This document shows positions 36,148-48,586 of a stretch of 64,000 nt of DNA, piece by piece. The notes beneath the pieces were generated by a model, which was not told the origin of the DNA, did not search any database, and worked only from the letters and a program-made list of their open reading frames with translations. Made by a program: the position numbers and the translations under genes. The stretch's first letter is position 1. Each line of letters begins with the position of its first letter. The DNA is from Phaeosaccion multiseriatum (taxonomy: Eukaryota; Protista; Ochrophyta, other classes). The stretch lies in the NCBI GenBank assembly GCA_965112735.1, contig OZ218956.1, forward strand, positions 2,170,001 through 2,234,000, in the 5' to 3' direction.

Positions 36148-37155
36148 ATGAAGTCTGCTGCAGCTGCTGCTTGTTCTGCTGCTTTCGTATTGTCCGGCCA
36201 GCCGGTGAAGACCCTGGCCTTCTGTCCATCAACAAGCAGTCCAGGCTCATTCCATGGTAAGACAGCTGCAGAGGCCTCCTTTGATCGGTCAGAAGCAGGG
36301 TTTCACAGAGAAGCCTTACAGGAGTCGGCACGCCCTGGATGAGGAACATGGAGCATTTGGTTGCAGCATTGGACGAAGCAAGACGGAGGAGCTGACAGAG
36401 GGAGCGTTGATACACCCTTTGTCTTTTTGCTGTTCCCCCATGTCCGCTGTCCATGCTCGTGTGTGCACCCGTTGCCTTATGTGGACCAAGGCTCGACTAT
36501 CCGACAAGGGCAAGGGCACTCAGGGAGCAGGAGTAGCGCTGGCAGCTGGCAGGCTAGGGGCGGCAGCAGCGGTGCGAGGAGACACTCCAATGGCATGAAG
36601 ATGGAGGTGTTTGAAGGAAACCCCGCGGGCAAGTGGGTGTGGGCCAACATGTGGGACCTACCTCTCTTTCGGTGAGGACTAAGTTGCGGGCATGCATCCA
36701 GTCTCAAAACCCCTTCACCTCCATCCCTCCTCACACATACCCTCCTCAACATTTTTTTTTTTGGTGTTCCTCAAACACACTTTTACTCGCTGATATACGC
36801 ATAACGGACGGACGGGGGCGCTCACTCCACCCACTGCAGGAAAGGGCAGTCTGGGGAACCGTGTCTGTTTGGGGATATGGCCGAGGTGTTTCGGACCAAC
36901 ATTGAGCAGATATACGGGGACGAAGACAGCGTGGACGGTTGCCCCCTGGCCGAGGGGGAGATCGCGGGCCTCAGCGACGGTTCCATGTTCCTGGGCCTGC
37001 AATCGTACTACAAGGAGGTGTGTGAGAGAGAGGAGAGGGTTGTGTCTTGTTTATGTGTATGTCAACAAAATGCCGGCCCGGAAAAGCCTACCATCAAGTG
37101 CCCCACGCTGCTGCTGCTGCTACTACTATACCTCTTGCTACTTGTACTGTTATTT

Positions 37156-37195
<40 letters not shown>

Positions 37196-37995
37196 CGCTA
37201 CTACTCCTGCTACTCCTGCTTCTTCTACTACTACCAACTACTACTACTACTTCTACCACAACTACAGCTTCTCTTACCACGCTACCTCTCCTATCTCTCG
37301 GTTTCCGCTTCGCCGTGTCGTTCTCGTCCCCTCCTCTCCCCTCCTTAGTTCGGGCCTGCCTACAAGCTGTGCTTCGGGCCCAAGTCCTTCATCGTGGTTT
37401 CCGACCCCGTCATGGCCAAGCACATCCTCAAGGACAACGCCACTGCTTACGACAAGGGCGTACTCGCTGAGATCCTAGAGCCCATCATGGGGAAGGTATG
37501 TAGAAGTGGAATTGTGTACGTGTGTGTATGTATGTGTATAATGTTTGGTGTGCATTTGCGCGTGTCCGTGGGTGTCAACCCAACCAATCACCAACTATTC
37601 CAATCCTCTATTTCATTATACATGTATGTATCCAGGGCCTCATCCCTGCCGACCCGGAAACATGGAAGACCCGGCGCCGAGCCATTGTGCCCGGCTTCCA
37701 CAAGGCCTGGCTCGAGCGCATGATAGACTTGTTCGCCGATTGCGCAGACGTGCTCACGGCCAAGGCAAGCACCTACGCCAACTCGGGGAAGCCCCTGGAG
37801 ATGGAGAGTCAGTTCTGCAGCGTCACGCTCGACATCATCGGCAAGAGCATCTTCAACTACGACTTTGGCAGCGTCACCAACGAGGTACGATGGGTTGGGC
37901 AGTGCTTGCTTGCTCCGTGTTTTGAGTTTTTTTTTTTTTGGCTGTCAATCAGTCTTTTGTTAGGCAGACAATCAGTCAAGTCAGTCAGTCAGTCA

Positions 37996-38028
<33 letters not shown>

Positions 38029-40566
38029 ACAGTCAGTCAGTCAGTCAGTCAGTCAGTCAGTCAGTCAGTCAGCCAATCAGTCAGTCAGTCAGACAGTCAG
38101 TCAGTCAGTCGGTCAGTCGATGACCGATCTAAAGATGGCCATGCGGATTGGAACGGAACGAAAGCCTCCGCCTAACCCCATGCGTCCCTTCCATATGACT
38201 AACACCCCTCCCCTTCGTCTCCCTCGTCTCCGTCTCTGTGGCCTCTGGTGCCTTTCCTCTCTGCCTCCTGCTCTGCTGTGCTCTGCTGTGCTCTGCTGTG
38301 CTCTGCTGTGCTCTGCTGTGCTCTGCTGTCCTGTCTGTGTGCTGTGTGTGCGTGCGTGCGCGCCTCAGTCGCCCGTGATCAAGGCCGTGTACAGCGTCCT
38401 GAAGGAGGCGGAGCACCGGTCACAGACGCCAGCTCCTTACTGGAACATCCCTCTGGCGAACCAACTCGTGCCCCGCTTGAGGAAATTCAACGCGGATATG
38501 AAGATGCTCAATGAGGTGGGAGGGGCACACGCGCGCGCGCGCGCGCACACACACACAGAGAGAGAGAGACAGAGAGAGAGAGGGAGGAGACAGAGAGAGT
38601 CTCAAGGAGAGACGCACGCACACACACACACACACACCGGGGCCGCGGGAGGGAGGAGATGGCAATAGATGTGTGCTGTGCTTGTAGTGCTCCCAGACTC
38701 ACTCGCCCACTCACGCACGCACGCCACCCCCCCTGATGATGTCTCTCGTCCCCTCCTTGGGCACCCCCCCCCCCCCCCCTACCTCCCTCCTTCAGGTGTT
38801 GAATGAGCTCATCAACAACGCGTTCAGCTCCAGAGAGGAGACGGACTTGGAGGATCTGCAGAACAGGAATTACGACAAGGTGAGTCACAGTCAGCAGAGA
38901 GCCCCATCCACTGCCATCCACTGCCATCCACTGCCATCCATCCCATCGATCTATTGCCATCCCTCACCCATCCAGCTCGAGCCCCATTCCAGCCCCGCTC
39001 CGGCCGGAGCCTCACTCCGAAGCCCGACCTACCATTTTTACGATACCCCTATACTGCCATCTCACCACCACCCCTGCCGTGTCTTGCCATCCCATTGCTT
39101 AGGTAAAGGACGCGTCCATGCTCCGCTTCCTTGTGGACCTCCGCGGAGAAGAGGCCACCGGCAAGCAGCTGAGGGACGACCTCATGACCATGCTCATCGC
39201 AGGCCACGAGACCACAGCAGCGGTGCTCACCTGGGCCTTGTTTGAACTGGCGCAGAACAGGAGGGTCATGGAGAAGGCGCAAGAGGAGGTGGGTGGGGTG
39301 GATGGCTTGAGTAGGGGCCGGGGAGTGTAGTGTACAGTTTTCCTTGTCGGTGTGTGTTTCCTCTTCACTTCTCCCCTCCCTCTCCTCACCTCCCTCCCTC
39401 CCTCCCTCCCTCCCTCCCTCCCTCCCTCCCTCCCTTCCCCCCTCCTTCCCTCACCTCCCTCCCTCCCCTCCCCTCTCCTCTCTTGTGGTGGATGCTCTTC
39501 ACTAACCAATGAAATACTATTCACTAACCAAAGGTCGACCGAGTGCTGGGAGGTGCCCGGCCCGACTTGGCCGCCATCAAGGAGATGAAGTACGTCCGCC
39601 TCATCATCGCCGAGAGCCTGCGCATGTACCCAGAGCCGCCGCTTCTCATCCGCCGCTGCAGAGTCGCCGACGAACTGCCCCAGGGGTCCTGCAATGTGCG
39701 TGCGTGCGTGCGTGCGAGCGTGCGTGGGTGGGTGGGGTGATGGGTAGGGTGAATGGGGTGGGTGAGTGAGTGGGTGGGTGGGTGGCCTGAGTCTAGCTAA
39801 GCTCGTGGCAGACACCGTCCGAGGGCTTGAGTTGTTTCCGCAGAGAGGAGGAGGATAAAGAGAAGAGACCCCAGGTTTTGCCACACAGCGTGCGTGTACG
39901 CCAATTGTGATTGGAAACTGTCTGACCTACAGGTAGAAGACCTCCCTTCCTTTCCTGCCCTGCCCTGCTCTGCCCTCTCACCCTCTCTCACCCCCTTCTT
40001 CTCCCTCTCTCACCCCCTCCCTCTCCCTCCGTCCCTCCCAACCTCAGTTCAACCCCAAGATCCCCCGTGGGGCGGACATTTTCCTCGCCCTGTACAACAT
40101 CCACCGGTCGCCGGAGTACTGGAAAGACCCGGACGTCTTCGAGCCTGAGCGTTTCACCAAGCCCTTCGAGAACGCCGGAGTCAAGGACTGGAACGGATAC
40201 GACCCATCCAACTTGGATACGCAGCTCTACCCTAATGAAGTCACCAGTGACTTCTCCTACCTGCCCTTTGGTGGCGGCCAGCGCAAGTGTGTGGGCGATC
40301 AGTTTGCGCTCATGGAAGCGACGGTTACATTATCCATGCTGCTGCAGAAGTACGACTTCAAGTTGGATTGCCTGCCGGAGGAGGTGGGGATGTACACGGG
40401 GGCAACGATTCACACCAAGAATGGGCTGCCGATGATAGTGACCAAGAGGGAAGGTGTGCCGGAGGCCGTGGAAAGGCCGGCGGGCGGTCGACATGCAGAT
40501 GGTGAGACAGCTGACATACAAGTGGGTGTGCCGGTGGGTGAGGTGCCCGATACAGAAAAGGTGTAG
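36148..40566 (+). CDS. CYP97B: Plastid carotenoid hydroxylase cytochrome P450, CYP97B-type
   Basis: Exons 36148-36256, 36524-36671, 36840-37017, 37349-37495, 37636-37884, 38369-38515, 38796-38879, 39103-39288, 39534-39695, 40048-40566. Motifs: [55 protein letters not shown], heme motif [14 protein letters not shown]; bipartite TLA-FCP N-terminus. Confidence 0.93.
37971..38117 (+). repeat. (CAGT)n microsatellite, CYP97B intron
   Basis: Tandem TCAG run. Confidence 0.93.
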
Positions 40567-41347
40567 AGAGGGATGGGTGGATGGATGGATGGGTGGGTGG
40601 ATGGATGGATGGATAGATTGATGGAGAGATAAATGGAAGATCTTGCTCGAGGGCAGGCCAGACCCCACCCACCCACCCGGCCGCCCGTGTCAGATCTGTT
40701 CTGCTCTTTTCTATGTACGTATTATACCGTTATATATCCGAAGCTTCTTATTTGCTTGGGAGACACGCAAAACTTTTGACGGATTCAGTGGCGTGCTTTG
40801 GTATCTGGAGCCCGCCTGCCTGCCTGTCTGCCTGCCTGCCTGCTGATGGACGGACGAGAGTGTGCTCACTTTTTTTTTCTCTGTGGGGGTGGGTCTAATT
40901 TAAGCCTTTAGGCCTGACTCATGCCACTCCGATGCCATGGGAGACACGTCTCATGCAAAGGGTGTGTATGTTAAACCTCGGCATGAAACGGCATGAGGGG
41001 GGGAACCAACCAACTATCCAACCAACCAACAAACACCACCAAACAATAAAACAAATCAATAAATCAATCCTCCCTGCTCCACCCACAGCATGCCACACGT
41101 GGACGTTTTCTCCCTCTCCTCTTTGTGTATTATTCTTACTTAATTAAAAGATATGTGTTATAACGATGTACATGTATCAACAAAACTTTCCCGCTTGCGT
41201 CGACATATCCCCGTCCCTAAGCAAATCGCTTGGTCCTCCCCACCGCATTTCCGTCTGCAACAACTTCCCTCTCTCTGCTTACCCAATATCATTCTTCTCT
41301 GCTTGCCCGGTGCCCTCTGCACAGCTGTTTCATACCCCCCCCCTCCC

Positions 41348-44300
41348 TCAGTACGTCGAGGAGTCCGAGCCATCCTGCTCCTCATCATCCTCGTCCTCCA
41401 GCGGGGCTCCATCGCGGGGCTTCCCGCATGTCTCGCACGTGAGCTTGCGGGAAGCGCTGTTCGGGAACCCGCAGGGCACACAAATCCACACTTTCTTGCC
41501 TCGTTTCGCCCCTTAGGCCCTCTTCTTCGCCCCTGTCCCTGCCACGGGCGCTTTGGACGGCTGCGACGGCCTCTTGCGCTTAGAGCCTGACGCTGGCTCC
41601 TCCTCCTCTTCCTCCTCCTCCTCGTTCCCGTTCTCCTTCTCCTGCTGGGCTAACGAAGCTTCAAGAGCCCGCCTTAGGTTCTCGTCCTCATCCCCCTCCC
41701 CCCCATCTTCACAATAATCGGCCCTCTTTGCCGCCGACCGCCTCGGTCTGGGCCCCTTTGGCACCAGGCGTGACCCTCTGCTGGTCGAAGCCGCTCCGTC
41801 TGAACCCTCACCATCCTCATCGCCATCTCCTGAAGATGACTCTGACTCTGACTCCGACTCCGATTCGCTGCCCCTGTCCCGTCTGTTCCTGGGTGCTGCT
41901 GCCTTGCCCGCTGGTGCCTTCCCCGCTGGTGCCTTCCCTGCTGCTGCCTTCCCTGCTGCTGCTCGTTTCTTGGTCGCCTTCGGCACCACCGGACCTTTCC
42001 GCGGAGGAGTCGTGGGAGGAGGAGGGGCGAACTTGGTCCGCTTTCTCCTGTCCTCTGCGCGAGCGGCAGCGTCGCTCACATCGCTCCCCTCGCTATCGCT
42101 GTCCTCCTCTTCATCGGACGGCGGCGCTGACACGTTGGGCTTGGTAGCGCCCGCATTCCGAGCGAACACTGCCGTGGTGTGCAAGTTGCTCGCGTCCTTG
42201 GCCTTCGCCTTGCCTGCCTCTTTGCCCTTGGCCTTGCTCGCCTCCTCCTTCCCCTTCGTTGGCGCCTTGGGTGCTGGTCGCTCTGCCTTCTTGGTAGCGG
42301 GGGCAGCAGCAGCAGGCTTCTTTGCTCCCTTCAGCACCGGCGCCTTTTGAACGGCAATCTTCGTTCGGCTTCTTCGATCTGCTACTGTCGCCTCATCGTC
42401 ACTCAACTCCTCCGAAGATTCCGAAGAAGAAGAGTCCGAAGACGAGGCAGCCTGCGCATTGGACGCCTGCTTAGCCTTGGCCTTGAGGGGGTGCTTGGCC
42501 TTGGACGAAGGCCCATTGGCCGCCGCTTGCTTGGGCTTGAATGTAGACTTGGACGAAGAAGAACCACCCCCACCTGTAGCTTTCCCACCCCTCGCCCTGC
42601 TCGCTGCTGTGTCGGACTCCTCGTCAGAGCTCTCCTCTTCACTAGTCGAGGTTTCACTATCTCTACCTGCTCCTCCTCCTCCTGCTGCTCCCGCCGCCGT
42701 CGTCGTTCTCTTGTTCGTCTTGTCACCCTGACCCTTGGTGCCCTGCTGGCGCCCTTTCGAGCCTTGCCCAGGCTGCCCAACCGGGGGCGACGGCTTTGCG
42801 CTGTTTGCCTTTGCCTTCGCTTGCTGCTTCCCCTTGGCCTTGCTCGTCTTCACCCCCGGCTCTGCCTCTTCCTCCTCATCTTCAAAATCCGAGTCATCGT
42901 CGCTCGGGCCAGCGCTGCTCTTCTCACTGCCGGCGTCCTGCTCCGAGCGGCCCACCTTCGCCGTGGTCTTTGCCGTGGGCTTTGGCTTTGCCTTAGCCTT
43001 AGCCTTTGGCGTAGGCTTGGGCTTGACTTTCCCTACCGAGGAAGCAGCAGCGGAGGCGGAAGCGGAGACCTTCTTCTTGCTTGCCTTGGCGGTCCCGGCT
43101 GGAAGGGCTTTGGCGGCAGCGGCTGAGGTGGGGAGAGCTTTCGCGGTGCCGCTCGCAGACCCCGCAGAGGGAGCGGGAGTCTTGGCACCAGAAATCCTCT
43201 TGCGAAAGAGGGCTGCCTTGGGTTCGGCAGACTCTGACACCTGAATGGCTCCACCGCTATTGCCACCACCACCACTGCCACCGCCACCGCCGCTTACACT
43301 CTTGCCCCCCTGTCCCTGCCCCTGCCCGACGCTGGCCTTTGCCGTGTTACCAGCGGTCTTGCTTCGCGCTCGTGCGTGGTTGCGCTCAGCATCTCCGTTG
43401 CTACTACTGTCGCTTTCGCTGTCACTGCTCTCGCTGCTGTCACTGCTAACACTAACGCTGTCGCTACCGCGAGGCCCCCCAGCCCCGCCAGCCCCGCCTC
43501 TCCTCGTAGGTCCTGAAGCACCAACCGCAGCAGCAGGAGCTGTGGCAGCAACACGACTCCGCTTACGCACCGAGCTGGAGTCGTCAGCATCATCATCACT
43601 GTCACTCGAAGAAGAGCTTCCAATCTCCACAACATAAGATGAAGCTACTGCAGCTTTCTTTCCGCGCGAACCGCCCCCCTTGCCGTGGGCGCCCGTCCTG
43701 CCCGCCCCTGCTGCTGCTGCTGCTGCTGATGATGATGATGCTGCTGCGGGTGCATCAGCCCCTCCCCGCCCCCCACTGCGAGCGCTGGCGGAATCGAGAA
43801 GCTGGGGCACGTCTGAAGAAGGCGGCGCGAATCGTTTCGGGGGCTTGGAGGCACGGCTGGACGGGCCTCTCGGCTTGCTCTCCCCACACATTGAGCACGA
43901 GGACCGTTTCGCCTAAGGCCACATCAAGGGAAGACAGAGAGAGGGTGGGAGAGAGAAGAGAGAGAACAGAGAGAGGGTGGGAGAGAACGAACAGAGAGAG
44001 AGAGAGAGAGAGAGAGACAGCACACCATGAAGGTTAATGTCAACAAACCGGGCACAGTGCGAGGAGGGGATGGAGGGGGGTTGACGTCAAAGGGCAAGAA
44101 TGCGTCTTGACCTACATTGTTAAAGAAAGTGCACTTGCCACAGCTCCACTGCACAGGGGAAGACGACGCCACAGCTGAAGATGAAGACCCCCCCCCTGCC
44201 GAGGAAGAAGGACAAGAAGACGCCCCGCCTGCACCCTTGGAACGAGGTCTCCCCCTCTTCCGCTTCTCAGGGGCGGCAGGGGCGGAAGACTTTGCTTCCG

Positions 44301-47300
44301 GTGCTTTCCCTCCTCCCGGAGGGGCTGGCGAGGCAGACGTCGCAGCCACCTTGTTGTCGCCCTTGTTGGTGTTGTTGTTGCTGCCCTTCTCCTCTTGCGT
44401 TTCCACGAACTGCACTTCATCTTCTTCCTCCTTTTCCTCTTCCGTTTCCCCCCTGTGCTCTCCCTCTCCCTTCTCCTCTCCCTCCCCATGGTGCTGCTGC
44501 TCCGCCTCCTCCGCTCGCCGCTCTCCTCTCTCGCCGGATGCCTGCACCTCCTTCTCCACGGGCTCTCGTTCCTTGCTCTTGCTGCGGCTGTTGTCGCTGC
44601 CCTTCTCCGCATGCTCCACTTCATCGTCTTCCTCCTCCTTTTCCGTTTCCCCCCCCCCTTGCTCTCCATCCTCCTCCTGCTGCTGCTGCTCCGCATCCTC
44701 GGGTCGCAGCTTTCCTCTCTTGCCGGTTGTCTTCTCCTCGGACTCTCGCTCCTTGTTGTTGTTGTTGCTGCTGCTGCTGCTGCTGCTGTTGTTGTTGTTG
44801 TTGTTGTTGTTGTTGTCGCTTCCCTTCTCCACATGCTCCACTTCATCGTCTTCCTCCTTCTCCTGTTCCGTTTCCGCCCCAGGCTCTCCTTCCCCCTCCT
44901 CCTCATCCTGCTGCTCCTCCTCCTCATTCTGCTGTTGCTCCGCCTCCTCCGGTCGAAGGTCTCCTCTCTCGCTTGTTGTCTGCTCCTCGGGCTCTCGCTC
45001 CTTCTTGTTGTTGTTGTTGTTGCTGCTGCTGCTGCTGTTCTTGTCGCTTCCCTTCCCCACATGCTCCGCTTTGTCGTCTCCGTCCTCCGTCTCCCCCCGG
45101 GGCTCCACCTCCTCATCCTGCCTTTGCGCCGCTTCCTCCGGTTGCGGCCCGTTTCTCTCGCCGGGTGCCTGCGCCTCCTTATCCACAGGCTGCCGCTCCT
45201 CCTCTACCTCTGTTCCTGTCGCTTTCTCTTCGCACTCCCCCTCCGTCCCCTCCTCCATGCCTTCCGGCGGCGGTGCGCAGTGAGCAAGAACCCCGCCCTC
45301 GCCTCTCCCGTCGACGTCTCCAGTGTCCTTATCTTTGTCTAACTCGTCAGCACCCTCTCCTCCTCCTCCTCCTCCTCCTCCTCCTCCTCCTCCTCCTCCT
45401 CCTCCTCCTCCTCCTCCTCCTGCTCCTCCTGCTGCTGCTGTTCCTGTTCCACCATCCACGGTACCCTCGTCGTCAGCCTTCTTTGCGGCAATCTCTTCAC
45501 CCTCAACGACGGGTATCTTCGATGGAGCTGCAGCTGGGGAGTCCATAGGCGGAAGAACCCGAGGATCTTCGCCCGTCTGGCCCACACCCCCTCCCTCACT
45601 TCCATCCCCCTCTCCTCCCTTCGGCTTTTCTCTTTCTCGCTCCTCTCGTCTGGGCGCGGCATCGTCTTCCATAGGCTGGCTCTCCATCCCCACGGCCTTC
45701 TTCTTAACCGCCTCTTCTGAAGCTTCATCATCAACGGGGCAGGCAGACACAGACGTCCCCCCCCCTCCACCCGTATGCCCATTCTCAGCAAGAAATTCCC
45801 TTCCCTCCTCCCTCCCCCCCCCTTCCTCCCGTTCGTCGGCCTGTTCCTCTACGGCCGTGGCTGAAGTAAACTCGTCGTCCTCTACCACGAGGCCAGCTTG
45901 GCCTTCATCAACAGGGCCTTCTCCCTTGTCCTCAGCAGAGCCTTTTTCCCTCTCCAGAGCAGCGCTTTTACCCGTCTCCTCTTCATGATCAGCAGGGGCT
46001 TCATCTCTGTCCTCGTCAAGAGCTTCCGCCACTACTACTACCGCTGTCTCTACCGCTGCCTCTGCCGCCTTTGCTTGGGCTACTGCTCCTTCAAGAGCAT
46101 TTTTCTCCGATGCCACGGATGCCACCGATGCCTGCTTCACCACCAGACTTGCCTGCATGCTCTCCACCGTTGCCTGCAAAGCCGCATCGAACCCCTCCGT
46201 CGCCTCGGTTTCTCCCTCTCCCCCCCCCTGCCCCTTCTCCTCCCCCTGCCCCTTCTCCCCCCCCTGCACGTGCATGTGAGGGACGGTCTTGGCGGGTGCC
46301 TGCAGCTCATCACCAAGTACCTCACCTCCGACCTTGGTGCCTCTCTCCTGCTGTTCCTTGGGCTGCCCCCCCTCCCCCTCCTCCTCCTTCTCCTCCTCCT
46401 CCTCCTCCTCCTCCTCCTCCTCCTCCTCCTCCTCCTTCTCCTCCTCCTTCTGCTGCCGCTGCTCTTCCTTACTTTCCTTCCCCTCCGGCTGCTGCTGCTG
46501 CTGCTCCTTCTCCTTGTCCTCCGGCTGCTGTTGCTCCTTCTCCTCCTCCTTCTCCGGCTTTTGCTGCCCTCCCTCATCATCTTCCCCTGCCTCTTCCTCT
46601 TCCTGTGGCTCTGGCTCTGGCTCTGGCTCTGATGACTGGGCGCTGTAAAAGACAGAATTTCCTTCCGATTCCCCTTCCCGATGCTGCTCACCGGCGCCAC
46701 GGCTGGCGCTGCTGCTGCTGCTGCCGCCTCCATCGTCACTGCCACGCCCCACATCTCTCTCCGGCACGGCCACGGCCCTTACAACTTGCTTTTCTCCATT
46801 GCTGTTCTCCTCGAAAAGGCGAGGAGGAGGAACACCATTTTTCTGCTTCTCGCTCTTCTTCTTCTTCTCCTCCTCCTCCTCCTCCTCCTCCTCCACCGCC
46901 GCTGCCGCCACCACTTGGGCTTGCTCTGGTGGCCCTTGTGTGTCCATCTCCTCCTCGTCCTCCTCGGCCTCTTCCTTGCCCTCCTCGAAGCGGAACTCCA
47001 GGCGTAGGCGAGGTTTGAGAGCATTCCCCACGGAGATGATGCTTCCGTCCCATAGCTCCTCCAGCTCAAAGGGTCTGCAGAGCAGGGTGGAGGTAGGGGG
47101 CGAGTGGAGAGGCAGGCAGGCACACGGGCAGGAGGGCAAGCAGACACGTTCGGGGGCGGGGGAATGAGAGTCTGTTAGAGAGCCAAGACCAGAGAAGTGA
47201 ACGGGTAGGAAGGCGCTGGACCATGGGCAAATACACACTTCACTCTGTCGCCACTGTGTTGCACCAACCTGACACTGACACTCTGAGCGTTGCCACCCTC

Positions 47301-47753
47301 CTTCAACAACACGACCTCTCCGTCATCGCCCGTGCCGCACAGCGGCAGCCACTGCAGCTGCCCCGTCTTGCGGTGTGCCGTTGCTCCCTCCCCTTCCTGC
47401 TGGTCGGTGGGCTCGCACGCGTCTTTCTGGCTAATGTGTACGGCAAGGCGAGGCACACACAGAAAATTTCCTGTCTTAGGGGATCCGCCGATTGTTATCA
47501 AGTTCACGCCCTTCGCTAAGGGCTTCTTGGTGCTAGTGGGGGGGGCTGGGCCTTGCTCGATCCCAGGACTCTGCGTGGATGGGGAAGCAAAATCCGGGGG
47601 AAGTCGGCGTTAGGCAAAAAGGGGGGCTGGCTCGGAAGAGCGAGGCTTATGGTGCCCCCCCGGCACTTCGCACTTCGCGCCACGCCTAAAGCTCCCCTCT
47701 TACACCCCGTGACCCAAGCTGCTCACCGTGACATGTAGAAAGGCTTGCGACAT
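41348..47753 (-). CDS. Large nuclear protein: degenerate FHA-like domain, acidic region, AT-hook, RanBP2-type zinc finger, K/A-rich region, UIM, then in-frame TAA (41513-41515) and a second RanBP2 zinc finger
   Basis: Exons 47753-47727, 47570-47239, 47074-44116, 43912-41513 (frame continues to 41348). KRKRGRPRSK (AT-hook); WSCGKCTFFNN|AKRSSCSMCGESKP across an intron; EDENLRRALEASLAQQE (UIM); WICVPCGFPNSASRKLTCETCGKPR after the stop. Confidence 0.8.
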
Positions 47754-47765
47754 GGCGCGCCAAAA
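47753..47765 (-). promoter_or_regulatory. E2F-consensus site abutting the start codon
   Basis: Minus strand TTTTGGCGCGCC-ATG matches TTTSSCGC, with palindromic TGGCGCGCCA core. Confidence 0.5.
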
Positions 47766-47991
47766 AAAGCTTTGATGGGCGGGGTGGGTTCAGGCCGCTA
47801 CTCTCCCCCGCAGAAACTCAACGCTTCCACTACTTTGACCTAATGCTTCTCCATGCACGTAATGGGGAAAGGCCCAGTCTGGCCGTCTGTGTGCCGAGAA
47901 ATAATGGCGCTTTACGGTAAGGGTAACAAGGGAGCAAGGGATTGAAAGGGAAAGAATTCAAAATTTCAGTGTTGAGGCGGTAGATGGCACT

Positions 47992-48318
47992 GGACGGGTG
48001 CGGGGCAACACCTTTCCCTTTCGCACTAGAACAGCAAGGCGCATTTGGTCCTTCTGCTCAGATGTTTATTAAAACACTCGCCACCCACATGGCTGGGGGG
48101 CACGAACATCTGGACACGAGGGCTTATGCGAGAGCTGTTTGCGTCATTCGGCGACGATTAGCCGTAGCGCTCCAGCGGGCCCGACACGAACGATCGGTTC
48201 GACACAGGATCCTGGCTGGTATCAACTTTGTTCCAATGGGGAGAACTGATGAGTCAGAGGGACACGACCTCGAGGGCTAAGTTCCCCGGGGCGGTGAGAC
48301 ATTACTTTTAGACAACCA
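47992..48318 (+). mobile_element. 5'-truncated non-LTR retrotransposon, restriction-like-endonuclease (CRE-like) C-terminus
   Basis: Encodes FPFALEQQGAFGPSAQMFIKTL...RRRLAVALQR, typical of RLE-clade C-termini. Flanked by the exact 11-bp direct repeat TAGATGGCACT (47981-47991, 48319-48329). Confidence 0.8.
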
Positions 48319-48443
48319 TAGATGGCACTTAAGGGTGTAATATATATGATACACCTTTGGGCCCCTCCCCTCCTCTTCGATCGACACATCTACCCGCCTT
48401 CCTACGCGTCCTTCCTCCTCTGATCCCCTCCTCGCCCTCTTCA

Positions 48444-48479
<36 letters not shown>

Positions 48480-48586
48480 TCTTTCAGTTCTTGGGTGATT
48501 CCAATTAAGTCAATGAATCCCTCCTCGGCCTCCCCGAGGCCCTCGGACTCCCGCTCAGCGAGTACAGCAGCCAATGGACTTCTCAC

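Noticed and set aside
41513-41515. Genome-wide stop-codon reassignment
   Set aside because: TAA, TAG and TGA all terminate conserved genes at the expected positions (H2A, RPS9, CUL1, H2B, SEC62).
5574-47753. DNA-repair gene cluster (H2A.X, KU80, FHA/UIM protein)
   Set aside because: The genes are tens of kb apart and interleaved with unrelated genes; no evidence beyond coincidence.
47700-48340. 8-bp inverted match TTACACCC/GGGTGTAA suggesting an outer DNA transposon
   Set aside because: The left copy lies in intron 1 of the FHA-like gene, so the element would include that gene's start codon; chance match.
48329-48586. In-frame continuation after the Kelch-MORN TGA (VRSPLAAVLAERESEGL...)
   Set aside because: No recognisable motif and it runs into a (GT)n microsatellite; most simply a GA-rich 3'UTR.
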